From: Octopus bimaculoides
Lineage: Eukaryota
DNA length: 64,000 nt
Assembly: GCF_001194135.2 (NCBI RefSeq)
Contig: NC_068983.1
Coordinates: 3,628,387-3,692,386 of the forward strand
Direction of reading: 5' to 3'
The notes under the pieces: model-generated
Told to the model about the DNA's origin: nothing
Databases searched by the model: none
Seen by the model: only the letters and a program-made list of their open reading frames with translations
Program-made: the position numbers and the translations under genes
In this document: piece by piece, positions 1 through 10,850 of the stretch
Layout of the letters: each line of letters starts with the position of its first letter
Numbering within the stretch: the first letter of the stretch is position 1

Positions 1-11
1 GACAAAAATAG

Positions 12-610
12 TGTAGCAGAACGGATTAACAACATAAAAGAAAGCAAATTATTTTCTCTCCCTTTGATTTATAGTTGTTTGGACGTAGCAGAGAACACTT
101 AGCTGTAAAGATCAGGTTGTAACCATTGTTCTGATTGCTTAGTTTTGGGGCACAAATTGTCCCCTAAACAACTGCGCCAAATTACACAATCAAATAATCA
201 GATGTGCTAAAATGGATCACGTGTTCTCTTGGCGGAAAAACTTTCATCTCTCCTGGGAATCCACCATTCTTTATAAGAAAATCTGTTCTCGATTGTCCTG
301 ACACCAGCCAGTCTCCGCTTTCATCTTCTTCACCAGTCGCCTCTCTACATCATTGCTGTATGAACACTACTTGACCAATGGACCAACGACTGCCTCGACA
401 CACCACAAAACAGTACGTCAACTTTGTCTATGAGATCAAAAGTCCAGCCAAGCCATGAAGTCTCTCACACGTCCTTGTTGTAACCTGTTATGTTATTTTA
501 TTTCATGTATGGCAATCATTGTATTTTATAACAGAGGATAAATCGTCGTTTACCAGTTTGTTTTATAATATTCACATTATCCTCACACACATCACCACTA
601 TAATATCATA
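12..610 (+). mobile_element. Solo-LTR-like / promoter-bearing repeat, copy A (diverged homologue of 2487-3505)
   Basis: Starts TGTAGC at 12. Aligns by eye over about 450 bp to the reverse complement of 2830-3505 (shared blocks gtagcag.gaacac.tag, tctgattg.ttagt.ttgg, ctaaa..ggatcac.tg, atggaccaacg, gccatga). CACGTG at 218-223, TATA-like at 272-279. The 3' end is unclear and abuts a LINE fragment; no TSD found. Confidence 0.4.
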
Positions 611-614
611 CCTC

Positions 615-1347
615 CACATCATCAGCAGCTGCCCCAAAATATCTGCGAAATATCTACCTGTCCTAGAGGCATGAAAGAATTGATAAGATTATTTACAATC
701 CTATCCGCAGGAAGGACAGTCTTGACGTATACATCAAACGCATGTCAGAACCAGCAGGTATCCCCACTTTTAAAAACAAGGAACACCCCTATATAAACAT
801 CAATTCGGTGCAAATATAACAGACCTGATATTGTTCTGTGGGAGAGGAAACAAAAATCATGCACTGTTGTAGAGGTCAGCTGTCCAACAGACGTGAATGT
901 ACAATCAACAGTCTGGGGAAAAAGAGAGCATTTATGACAAATTAATGCAGAACTTAGAGCATTTTAACTCTGACTGTGAATTCTCATTTGTACATATCAC
1001 AGCGAATCAGATTATGTACCAGAAAAATTGTACAAAAACTTAGAAATACTCGATTTCACGGAGAAAGAACAAAAAACAAAAAACAAAAACTGATGCGGAT
1101 TCTCCAAATCCAGTCTATTAGTGGCACAATGAAGATTTGTCAGACATTCCAAAAAATTCTCCATCTAAGATTCTTAAGTGAATAGAAGCATACTCGTGGG
1201 TGCGTGCATTAACATTTCAACAAACACACCGACTCAACCAGATGTTCACACACACCGGGAACTCTCTTAATTTGAAAAGTCTTGTCGCTTTGTTAGCAAC
1301 CGGTTTGAACTCTCTTAAAAAGAACTTGAATAAAACTCAAAGATAAA

Positions 1348-1348
<1 letters not shown>
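615..1348 (+). mobile_element. 3' end of an R4/Dong-like non-LTR retrotransposon (restriction-like endonuclease), frameshifted
   Basis: Frame-shifted translation HIISSCPKISAKYLP/RHERIDKIIY (end of the CCHC region), KYNRPDIVLWERKQKSCTVVEVSCP (RPD at 821-829), EKESIYDKL, LQIQSISGTMKICQTF. AATAAA at 1329-1334, then (CA)n. Confidence 0.75.

Positions 1349-1388
<40 letters not shown>
1349..1388. repeat. (CA)n microsatellite
   Basis: Direct reading. Confidence 0.95.
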
Positions 1389-1391
<3 letters not shown>

Positions 1392-2350
1392 GCGTGCATA
1401 CAAGATAAACACTAAAAACGTGCACACAAATATGTAAATTCTGAAGTTAGCGTGTATATATATATATATATGTGTGTGTACATCAAAGAAAGAAACTGAG
1501 AGGGGGGGAAATGATGTGAGTGTGTATGAGAGAGAGAGGAAGAGAGAGATACAGACAGAGGGAGAATGTGTGAAGTGTATATGAGACTCATTGTATGAGA
1601 ATATGTTTGCGTCTGTGTGTGTTAAGTTGATAAGAGGTAGATGATTACATCCTGAAAAGTGACATGCGTCAGTTAACCTTTGAGACCCTCACAGTTCTGG
1701 GTCAGTAGCTACCATCATTCCCTCACCGCTGCCCCATGCAACATCCGACAGACAAATAATCTGGTGACCTTCGAGGGTTATCAATGTTACCCATCTGGGT
1801 CGACGGATGTCGCTCATGATTCAGAATTAAAGAACATCAACGATTAGCTTGGAATCCGACAAGTTTAGAATGGTTCCTGCATTCAATAGAGTGCTCGTCT
1901 ATGTACCATCATTATCATCAGCACTACCACCAACGTCATACCTCTCCTTCTCTTCCTCCTTCTCCTTCTCCTCATCATCATCATCATCGTCACTTAACAT
2001 CTGTTTTTCCATCATTTTGCAGAGTGTACTTGGTGCTCCCCCCCCCCCGCCGTAGAACCAGCACCGGTGCGTTTCACGTGGCATCAGCACCGACAGGGTC
2101 ACCGAGTAACTTGCAAGGCAAAAAGTGCCTCAGCTGGGAGGAGGCAGTGTCTTTGTGCCAGTGGATGAGAGATTAGAGTGAAAGAGGGACAGGGCTCTCT
2201 CTCTCTCTGTATATATATATGTGTGTGTGTGTGTGTGTATGTATGTGTGTATGTATATATATGTATGTATATATNNNNNNNNNNNNNNNNNNNNNNNNNN
2301 NNNNNNNNNNNNNNNNNNNNNNNNNNNNNNNNNNNNNNNNNNNNNNNNNN

Positions 2351-2387
<37 letters not shown>

Positions 2388-2486
2388 ATGTATATATATG
2401 TATGTATGCATGTATATGTATGTACGTATGTACGTATGTATGTATGTAAGGGACCATGCGATGTGAGGTGACGAGAACGGCTCTTT

Positions 2487-3505
2487 TGTACCACACCACA
2501 CAGACCTTACAATAAAAGAGGAATTGAATAGAACAAATGCCAAGTGGGAAAGAGACACAATCGTGTAAGAATGATTAAGAGAACATTTATTGATACATTA
2601 ACATGCGTGTCTGTGTGTGCATCATGTATACAGAATAATTGACAGGCCGTCATGAGAACAAAATGTGTGTGTGTGCGTAGGCATAGATGTATGCACGTAT
2701 TAAGAACATTTAAGGATAGCAATGAAGGAGACAGTGAAAGAGTCTACAGCCATCGAAGTGAGAAGTAAGTTCATAGACACAAGAAAAATGATAATACCAG
2801 TTCGCAGTCAGTCTTACACAGTAGTTGAAATACTGTGTCAAGAAGTCATGGCCTTGATGCTGAACCGGTTAGAGGTACATGTCGTACGTGAAGTCGTGGC
2901 TGTGATACTGCTGCCTGTGTCGCTTCATACAGGAGTTCTTGCAGGTTATATATTCGCCGTTGGTCCATGGTGAAGTAATTCACAAACAGTGAAGTGCTGG
3001 AACCTGGGTGAATTGCCTGCTGAGCAGTGCACGTAGAGAGAGGATGTTGACGATGTTAAGAAGGACATGATGATGGCGGCGAAGAGGGAGGTTGCCACCA
3101 TGTTATTGAACGAAGCTGGTAAGTCTCAACTTAGCTGTTGTGATGGTGTTGTCGTCTGGTATTGTCGCTGGAACTGGATGTGTCTTTGTGGTCAGTGGCT
3201 AGACCCCAAAAGGTCTGGAACCAAAGACACCGCAACAAGGAAAAGCTGAGTTTTTATAAGGAGCTGTAGGCAAAAACAGGACAGTAAACAGGCTGTCCCA
3301 TGTGATCCTATTTAGAGCCTCCGACTAGTTATACGCGGCAAGTTGGCACAACCGAGTAAGAGAAATTGCACCAATACTAACCAATCAGAGTAGTGGACAC
3401 AACGGGATCCAAATAGTGGTCAAAGACTAGGTGTTCCCTGCTACATTCGAATGCACCTATATATAATAAATGGGAGAGAGGAATTTCGCCTGAGTCTACG
3501 CTACA
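2487..3505 (-). mobile_element. Solo-LTR-like / promoter-bearing repeat, copy B
   Basis: On the minus strand it starts TGTAGCG (3505) and plausibly ends GGTACA (2487). Contains CCAAT x2, an E-box, TATAAAA, and AATAAA (2586-2591) followed by a GU-rich tract. Homologous to 12-480. No matching TSD. Confidence 0.45.
3252..3385 (-). promoter_or_regulatory. Pol II promoter-like cluster: CCAAT (3371-3375, 3381-3385), E-box CACATG (3299-3304), TATAAAA (3252-3258)
   Basis: Motifs read directly. Order and spacing are conserved in the homologous copy at 131-279. Confidence 0.45.
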
Positions 3506-4456
3506 CACACACACATATAAATGTGTAACAAAGATGTACAGGTGTCAATTCATTGAATTGAAACCTGTACATCTTTGTTACACATTTATATTCTGTTCAC
3601 TTATCTTGGAATCTGCACTTCGGAAATACTATAGAAAGTACCTTTATAAAATTACATGTTTGAATTACCAAGAGCAGATATCTTCACTTAGCTGGGTTGC
3701 GTTGTGTGCCCACACGGCAGGAATATTAGGTACAAACACCCGTGCATGGAGTCTTGATATTCAATATGCAATTAATATTGTTTGGGTGTGCGGATTATAC
3801 TGACCTAGGAAGGTACCTCAATAGAATCTTAATTATATGTGTGTGTGTGTATAAGTATGTATGTATACACACACACACACACATACACACACACACACAT
3901 ACACACACACACACAATTACTTATTTATGACAAAAGAAAGAAAAGAAATTTAATTCTTATTTTTCACACAGGGACAATACAGGACAGACAAGGAGTGGTT
4001 GTGACGTCAAGGCGAAATGTTGAAATGAATATAAAAAAGTGAAACAGATAAGTATGTTAATGATTAAAAATTGTCAAATATAATGAATATAATGGAATGG
4101 GGAAAGAAAATGTAGCGCAGGGTGTGGAGACCACAAGCTACGCTCCAACACTGTTCTTGCAAAGGAGACTCAGGAGGTTTGCGCTCAAGCTGGTCACACT
4201 CACGATGGATGCCACTTGCATCTTTCTGGCTACAAACACGCGACGGCAGTAACTCTCTCTCCAGCTTTAGATTTCGTTTTAAATGATGAATATAATATTG
4301 GGTTAAACCAATGCCGGAAAGAAAGTTGCCCGTCCTTATTCCTTTCACACGCGTCAACCACATGACTTCTCTATATTTAAGAGACGAGGAATTATTATGT
4401 ACATTATTCACATTATTTACATTTGACGGATATTTGTCCTCATCTTGTTTGTTGCT

Positions 4457-4502
4457 AACACAGCGTTTCGGCTGATGTACCCTCCAGCCTTCATCAGGTG
4501 TC
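4457..4502 (-). ncRNA. Minimal type-I hammerhead ribozyme, mutated copy (U16.1 to C)
   Basis: Minus strand GACAC CUGAUGA A GGCUG..CAGCC GAAA CG C U GUGUU. Confidence 0.5.
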
Positions 4503-4591
4503 TTGGGGAAATTTCGAACCTGGGTTGTCATTCCTAAGGTATTTTTCAATGTTCCCTTAGGAATGAGAACCCAGGTTGGAAATTTCCCCAA

Positions 4592-4637
4592 GACACCTGA
4601 TGAAGGCTGCAGGATATATCAGCCGAAACGTTGTGTT
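4592..4637 (+). ncRNA. Minimal type-I hammerhead ribozyme of a Penelope-like repeat
   Basis: GACAC / CUGAUGA (4597-4603) / A / stem II GGCUG-CAGCC / GAAA (4625-4628) / palindromic ACGU stem III / U / GUGUU pairing with GACAC. Confidence 0.65.
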
Positions 4638-7327
4638 AACAACAAACAAGATGAGGACAAATATCCGTCAAATGTAAATAATGCACATGACTTCTTTTGC
4701 TATAACCACCAGAGAGAAAAGTTGCCTGCCTTTCCTTATTGAAGGAAGGAGGCAGAATAATCTTAATGATGGACTCTGGCCAGCAGGCTCCGGCCCTTCC
4801 ACAAAAAGTGGAAGAGCAAGCGCTCCAACTTGACCTGACATGAATCTGGACAAGTCAAGACAGTTCGGTGGTAAATGATGACGGATGTGATATACACATT
4901 CGCCATCTCCACCTGTCCTTTCAGGGATAGTTTCCTCTCAGCCCATTTCTGGGTGAGATTGGCTACCCTGCTCGTTACCTCATTCCAGTTTCTCTCTATC
5001 TGGAGGTCTGGCCCGAACCAGACCCCGAGCAATTTCACAGGGCCGTCCGTCCACCGTCCCACGACGGTGTTGGGCAGCATCGTCCTGCCTATCCAGGTGC
5101 CGAGCTGCAGGCCGACTGACTTATCACGGTTTATTTTTGCTCCTGTCACCGCTTTGTAATCCCTTATGGCACCACCTACTAGATGCAGGTGTTTGTCAAA
5201 GGATACGATGACGGTGATTTCTGCATACGCCAACACTGTCCTCCCACCCCTTAGATCATGCGGAATGCCTCTCAAAGCCTCCATTTTCTGCAGTAATGGC
5301 TCAAGGGCCAGAACGTACAGTATAGAGGAGAGGGGGTCATCCTTGGCGGACCGAGTGCATTATGCAGAAGGGCTTTGACTGATGACCCTTCACCCGAACT
5401 ACCGACTAAATGTTGCTATATAAGGCGATGATCCAGCCGCGGAAGCTCGGGCCAAATCCGGCAGCCTCAAGAACTGCCACTAGATAGTCATGGTCAACTC
5501 TACCGAATGGATCAACGCCCTCCCCGTGCCAGGATTATGGTGTAGCACATGAGGTGAAGGTGGTCGTGGATGGTGCAGGTTTGTGCATCTCCATCCAGTG
5601 TATCGACCACAAGCGCCAACCTCTTAGCTAGCACCTTGGCCAAAATCTTCAGCTCTGCATTGAGCAAAGTGATGGGCCTAAAGTTATCAATTACGTCCCC
5701 CTTGTTTGGGCCCTTCCTTAGCAGCACCACGGCCCCTAGCTCACAAAGCTAAGAATATTCCTGTTCTGCTGCCAGTTGGCGCATATGTTTGCCAGTAGGC
5801 TCCCAAAGAAGTCTGGCATACTGTTAAAGAATTCATAGGGCAGACCATCCAGACCCGACGATTTGCCCCCGATACAAATCTATCTAAGTCAAGCGTACAG
5901 ATCACAAATTTGTGATCCGTATAGCTGATGATGTGAAATAGCGGACAACTAACATTAATTCTCTCTGCTAACCTAATAAAACTCTAAGTAAGACCTGGAA
6001 GACCCAATGCTGTTGGTCCATGTCCACATTGGAACATACAGGTAATCCATTCTAAACCTGTCGACCAGCTGGAAGCGAGGTATGGGTTCCCTTTTCTATC
6101 TGTATTCGAGCCAACACAATCCGCACGTTCATCTAGGATTGTGTTAAAGTCCCCTACTAATACTGAAGTGCGCAACGTACCAAGGAAGATCAGTCTGGAT
6201 TCGCTGGTGAATATCACATATAAGTTCCATGACCTGAGATCGGTTAGCAAGTGTGCTTGCTTCCAATATGATCCCAGGCCATGCATATTCACGCTGCCAA
6301 GCTTGAGCAAGACGATGAGAGGAGAGGCAAGAAAAATTTACTTACTTTTAATCCTCTGGGAGGTGTGTAAGTAAAAACCTCCCTTTTGGCGCATCCTTCA
6401 TTAAATTAAGGTACAGATGTTTTGTGAAAGCCAGCTGAAGGGGTCCAGCATCGTCAGGAAATTTCTCTTTTAATTCAATGTATAAATAATTGTTTATGTG
6501 GATGTGGATGTGGATATGGTTGGGTATTTGGGGGTGTGAGGTGGGAGTTTTGAATGAGGTGATGAGGGGATTCTTGCGCATGCGTTCAACTAGTGCTATG
6601 TTGTTGGTATTGCTGGTTGTGAGGTTGATGACAGTGTTGGAGATAATGGTGTTGATGTTTGGGATTCGTGTGTTAGCATGTGGGGTGTGCATGCAAGGGG
6701 ATGTGCGTCAGTGGTGTGGAGGGTTGTTGGGGAAGTGGGGGGATTCGCTTTTCCGTAGCGACTTCGCTCCATTCAGGGCCAGTCGCGTCCGTGGTGTGGT
6801 CTTCTGTGGTAATTTGTGTGACCTTGGCTGTGATGTCACTGGTGGGATTTTGGTTTGTCGTTCTCTTCCCTCCTTTGGTAGGGTCGTTGGTCTTTGCTAC
6901 TGGGGACGAGCCTGTTGTGCTTTTTGTGGTCTCGAGTTTGTGAGGCATGACCTTGGTTTGGCCATTCGTGGTTGAGGCTACAGGCTGTGTATGATAGTTA
7001 GGTGGAGGGGGATCCATTACTGATGATTCCTGTGGGCATGTAGCCCTGATGTGTCCCTTCAGCTCACATTTATAGCATCTGGGTCTAGTCCCTCCACCAT
7101 GACGCGTAGTGTTTCATCAGGTCCAGTATGTCTTCCAGGTCCTGTTGAGTTGCCTGGATTACGATTTTCAGTCCTTGGCTCCCACCAGTTTTGTTTATGT
7201 AGTTTGGTGACTTGCAGAACAGATATTTTATTTTCTAGGTCCAACAGGACAGCCGCTACCAGACATACTACATCAATATCATGCAACTATATGCATGAGA
7301 ACACAAACATAAAACATACACATCTGC

Positions 7328-7670
7328 ATATACATACATACATACATACATACATACATACGCACATACATACATACATACATACATACATACATACATA
7401 CATACATACATACATACATACAAAAATACCCTGTTGTTGATGTTGAAATCCCAATGAAAAAATCTTAGATCTAGGTTAGAAACCGGTTCTTTCTTTATTG
7501 GCAAGAAATCTTGAAATAAACTGAATAATGACCATACATACATACATACATACATACATACACACCCTGTTGTTGATGTTGGAATTCCAATGAAGGAGCC
7601 ATAGAATCTAGGTTAGAAACCGGTTCTTTCTCCATTGGCAAGAAATTTTGAAATAAACTTAATGACATAC
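7328..7670. repeat. (CATA)n tracts interleaved with two copies of an ~110-bp module (third copy near 7960-8045)
   Basis: Module ccctgttgttgatgttg...tctaggttagaaaccggttcttt...ggcaagaaat repeated. Confidence 0.8.
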
Positions 7671-8066
7671 ATACAATGAGAGAGAAGGAGGAGGATAACT
7701 ATGAACAACTGCTTTATACAAATACTAATTGGTATAAACCAGTTGTTTATAGAAAACTAATCACACCAATTATTATTGGTCGTATTTATATCGACAATAA
7801 TTGGTGATTTTGGCTTCCTGAGTAAATGCCTGTGTGACAGTCTGACTAAACTAGGGTTTTCAGAAAAAGAAATCTGCCAACTCACACATTGCAAATACAA
7901 TCTGTAAGTGGAACAGTCGAAATATGTAAGACTTTCCTCAAGTTTAAAATGTGACATTGATTTTGTTATTCACATTCCAACGATGGAGCTTTGTGTCTTT
8001 GTTAGAAACCGGTTCCTTCCTCAGAGGAAGAATTTGAATAATCAAAAGTAAAAGAGAACACATACG

Positions 8067-8126
<60 letters not shown>

Positions 8127-8700
8127 CGCACACATACACACACATACATACATACAATACACACACACGCAAACACACACACATACACACACACACACAC
8201 ACACACAGCGGAGAGGATTATATAAGCGATGTAGCGATCAATCATCACCGCTGATCCGCTTCTCCACTAAAACTAATTAATCCATCAACACATGTCAATA
8301 AGTATTGTCTTTATCGATTAATCTGTTCAGCATCATAAAACTGCGGCTTAAATCCTGAACATTGTAATAGACCTGCAAAGTGAGAAACTGAACAGGCTAA
8401 AAATAGCAGCCAAATCTCATTTAACTGTCTTAAAAAAGGAACGACACATTGGATACTGTGCCCCTAAATAAACTACTGTATTTTAACCCCCTAATTTGGA
8501 AAAAAGTTTTGTAAGGGATTATGATAGTATCCATCTATAAGAAACTCCCATATTTTTTAATTCTAATATTTGACAAAAAAGGGTTCCTTATACATGTTAA
8601 AATATCAAACGACCATATATTAATTTCATGAGGTTTGATTTAGGATTAAATTGCAGCAGAAAAAGATGGACACATTAGTTAATATAGTCCTAGATAGAAA

Positions 8701-8890
8701 GGCCGTGAGCTGGCAGAATCGTTAGCACGCCGGGCGAAATGCTTAGCGGTATTTCGTCTTTCTTTACGTTCTGAGTTCAAATTCCGCTGAGGTCGACTTT
8801 GCCTTTCATCCTTTTGGGGTCAATAAATTAAGTACCAGTTGCATTACTCTCCCCAAAAATGTCGGGTCTTGTGCTCAGAGTAGAAAAGAA
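8701..8890 (+). mobile_element. tRNA-derived SINE, family 1
   Basis: Head gagctggcagaatcgttagc, B-box-like gagttcaaattcc, body gaggtcgactttgcctttcatcc. Many copies in the window. Confidence 0.8.
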
Positions 8891-9435
8891 TAAAATCCTA
8901 GACAGGCTATGCTTGAATGGGATGGTCAGTGCTGGAACGTCTATGATTATAGTTTAGTGAGGTAGCTAAATGAATGCAACGGGGCTTAAACCTCGGTAAG
9001 ATAATGTCTTCTGGTTAACATGAGCCAGGATGAATAACATCGGTTCAACTCGGTTGCACTGCAACATTTATTTCCGATACTAAGATGGAACACACAACCG
9101 GCATCACAAGTAGAAATCTGCTAAAAACATGACATGGTTCCAAAATGCTTGTTGAAGATGAATATTGGGAAAAATGCAAAGCATGGCATCAAAGATTCTG
9201 ATTACAAATCTCTCCTTTGCTGAAACTACAAAATGATATAAACTGCTTTCATGTCGGAGATCAAAACTCGGTCACAGCAAACTCACCTTCCCTAAGGAAT
9301 GAGCTGAAAAGCAGGGTCCCTTCAATAGCTGATGTTGGGATGCTTGGCTAGTCTATTATGTTAAGGGGTGGACAGTCCGTGTAACGCTAAATGGACTTGA
9401 CCATCATGTGATGGGCCAAAGTGGGTATCCAAAAG

Positions 9436-9601
9436 CAGGACCAGCTCAAAGTACTGGCAACTTGGGCAGTCGCCCGGGGCGCCATGTGCCAGGGGGCACC
9501 AAGGAGAGTGTGACAAAGGCAAGGAAATTTCCATGACAGTCAGCTTGTACACGCCGACATTCAACTTGCCTGGGGCGCCAGCAACCTTAGGGCCAGCCCT
9601 G
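9436..9601. mobile_element. hAT-type MITE (166 bp) with 8-bp TSD
   Basis: Imperfect TIRs CAGGACCAGC / GCCAGCCCTG. Exact TSD TCCAAAAG at 9428-9435 and 9602-9609. Confidence 0.85.
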
Positions 9602-9739
9602 TCCAAAAGCAAAGAGGCACAATGTGGATAGCTAAAGGTAAAGAGCGAACATGTTTCTGTTACAATAGGATTACCCGGGCTTAAACTGCCCTAGCATATG
9701 CGCTGCTTCTTTTAGTTTTCGTATTTTCCAGTTGTGTTC

Positions 9740-10293
9740 TCTGTCTATTATTCTAACTTCATCCCACAGGGAGAGGTGGTTTCGGTTTTTCCATACATCA
9801 TCAGCTATACCCAATTTATCAATATCTCCTCGTGTCTTCCCTTATTTTGAGGGGGCGACATGTTTCGCCTTTGTATAACCTACCACAGCTGCATGGGATG
9901 GAGTACACGCAGTCTTTGGTCATATTCTCTTCTATTGGTGGTTTGGTTTTACTCGAAGGAGGTATTTGCGAAGTGTTGTATTACTCTTGAATACTGCCCT
10001 GATGTCATATGGGCCGCATATCTTTTGTATCTTTTCGAAGAGGTCTTTCACATAGGATAGACAGACTGTGGACAGTTTATTGGTTTCATCCTCTCTTTTC
10101 TTCATAATTGGAGTGGATAGTATGCTTCTGGGGTAGCTGTTGCTTAATAGATTGTTACTTAACTTGATCATTTCTTCGTGGTGGGTATCACGATGGCTAC
10201 TTATATTCTTTGCTCAATGTTTTAGCGATCGTGATACCCACCACGAAGAAATGATCAAGCTAAGTAACAATCTATTAAGCAACAACTACCCCA
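9740..10293 (-). mobile_element. Penelope-like element fragment (RT C-terminus/linker plus GIY-YIG endonuclease) with inverted 5' duplication
   Basis: LSYVKDLFEKIQKICGPYDIRAVFKSNTTLRKYL and CVYSIPCSCGRLYKGETCRPLKIR. 10130-10199 and 10223-10293 form an ~70-bp inverted repeat (3 mismatches). Confidence 0.85.
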
Positions 10294-10594
10294 AAAAAGA
10301 TACGCATTTAAGATATGGTACGGTAGGGTATTACGATAATTTAAACGAGGAGGGTGGACGATGCGGAGGGAGAAATGGCCAAAGGAAGTCAATGGTTGAA
10401 AAAATTTGATGACCCCTGATTTAAACAAACATTTAAAAAATTTTATCAAAAGTGTATGAAAAGTAAAAAAGATACTACTGTAGGGCAGGATTCGTGACAG
10501 ACAAACCATAAACAGAAACTTCGCTGCGGGCTTAGCTTGGAAGTTGGTCAACAGGAAAACAAAAGGAACTTCCAGTCGGAGAAGAAAAACAAAA

Positions 10595-10850
10595 GGATCT
10601 TTTTGGTTTGACGGGCAACACTTGTTTTCTTAACGAAACACTTTCAAACTTGGGATATTGGTAGAATGTGTCATATGAAACGTCTTTTTCCGAAATCCAA
10701 CTTTTTACATGAAATAACTTCGAATACAAAAATTTTTACCTGTTCTATAATACAAAATATACAAGTATACGAAGTTTGAAAGTTTTTCGGTACCAAAAAT
10801 ACTACATAAAACATTAATGAAAAATGTTGCCCGTCAAACCAAAAAGATCC
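10595..10850. mobile_element. MITE with GGATC termini and 8-bp TSD (Merlin-like)
   Basis: Perfect 26-bp TIRs at 10595-10620 and 10825-10850. TSD AAACAAAA on both sides. Internal homology to 22567-23095. Confidence 0.8.

Larger units (their letters stand above)
4371..4683. mobile_element. Penelope-like terminal-repeat hairpin (inverted pair) inserted into Tx1 ORF2 with a 12-bp TSD
   Basis: Near-perfect inverted arms of about 125 bp around a loop at 4540-4554. Flanking direct repeat CACATGACTTCT at 4359-4370 and 4684-4695. Removing the insert restores the Tx1 reading frame (AKEVM|WLTRVKG). Confidence 0.8.
4075..7290 (-). mobile_element. Tx1/L1-clade LINE, decayed and internally deleted (ORF1 knuckle, APE endonuclease, RT, C-terminus)
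   Basis: ORF1 remnant LRVMVEG...GHIRATCP. Endonuclease LKLGSVNMHGL...VLVGDFNTILD. RT GKSSGLDGLPYEFF, NFRPITLLNAELKILAKVLAKRL, VKLLGVWFG...WAERKLSLKG. C-terminus AKEVMWLTRVKG (split by an insertion). Confidence 0.85.

Noticed and set aside
9287-9303. 17-nt micro-exon pattern on the minus strand (ttttcag ... aag|gtgagt)
   Set aside because: Short pyrimidine tract and no host gene, so expected by chance.
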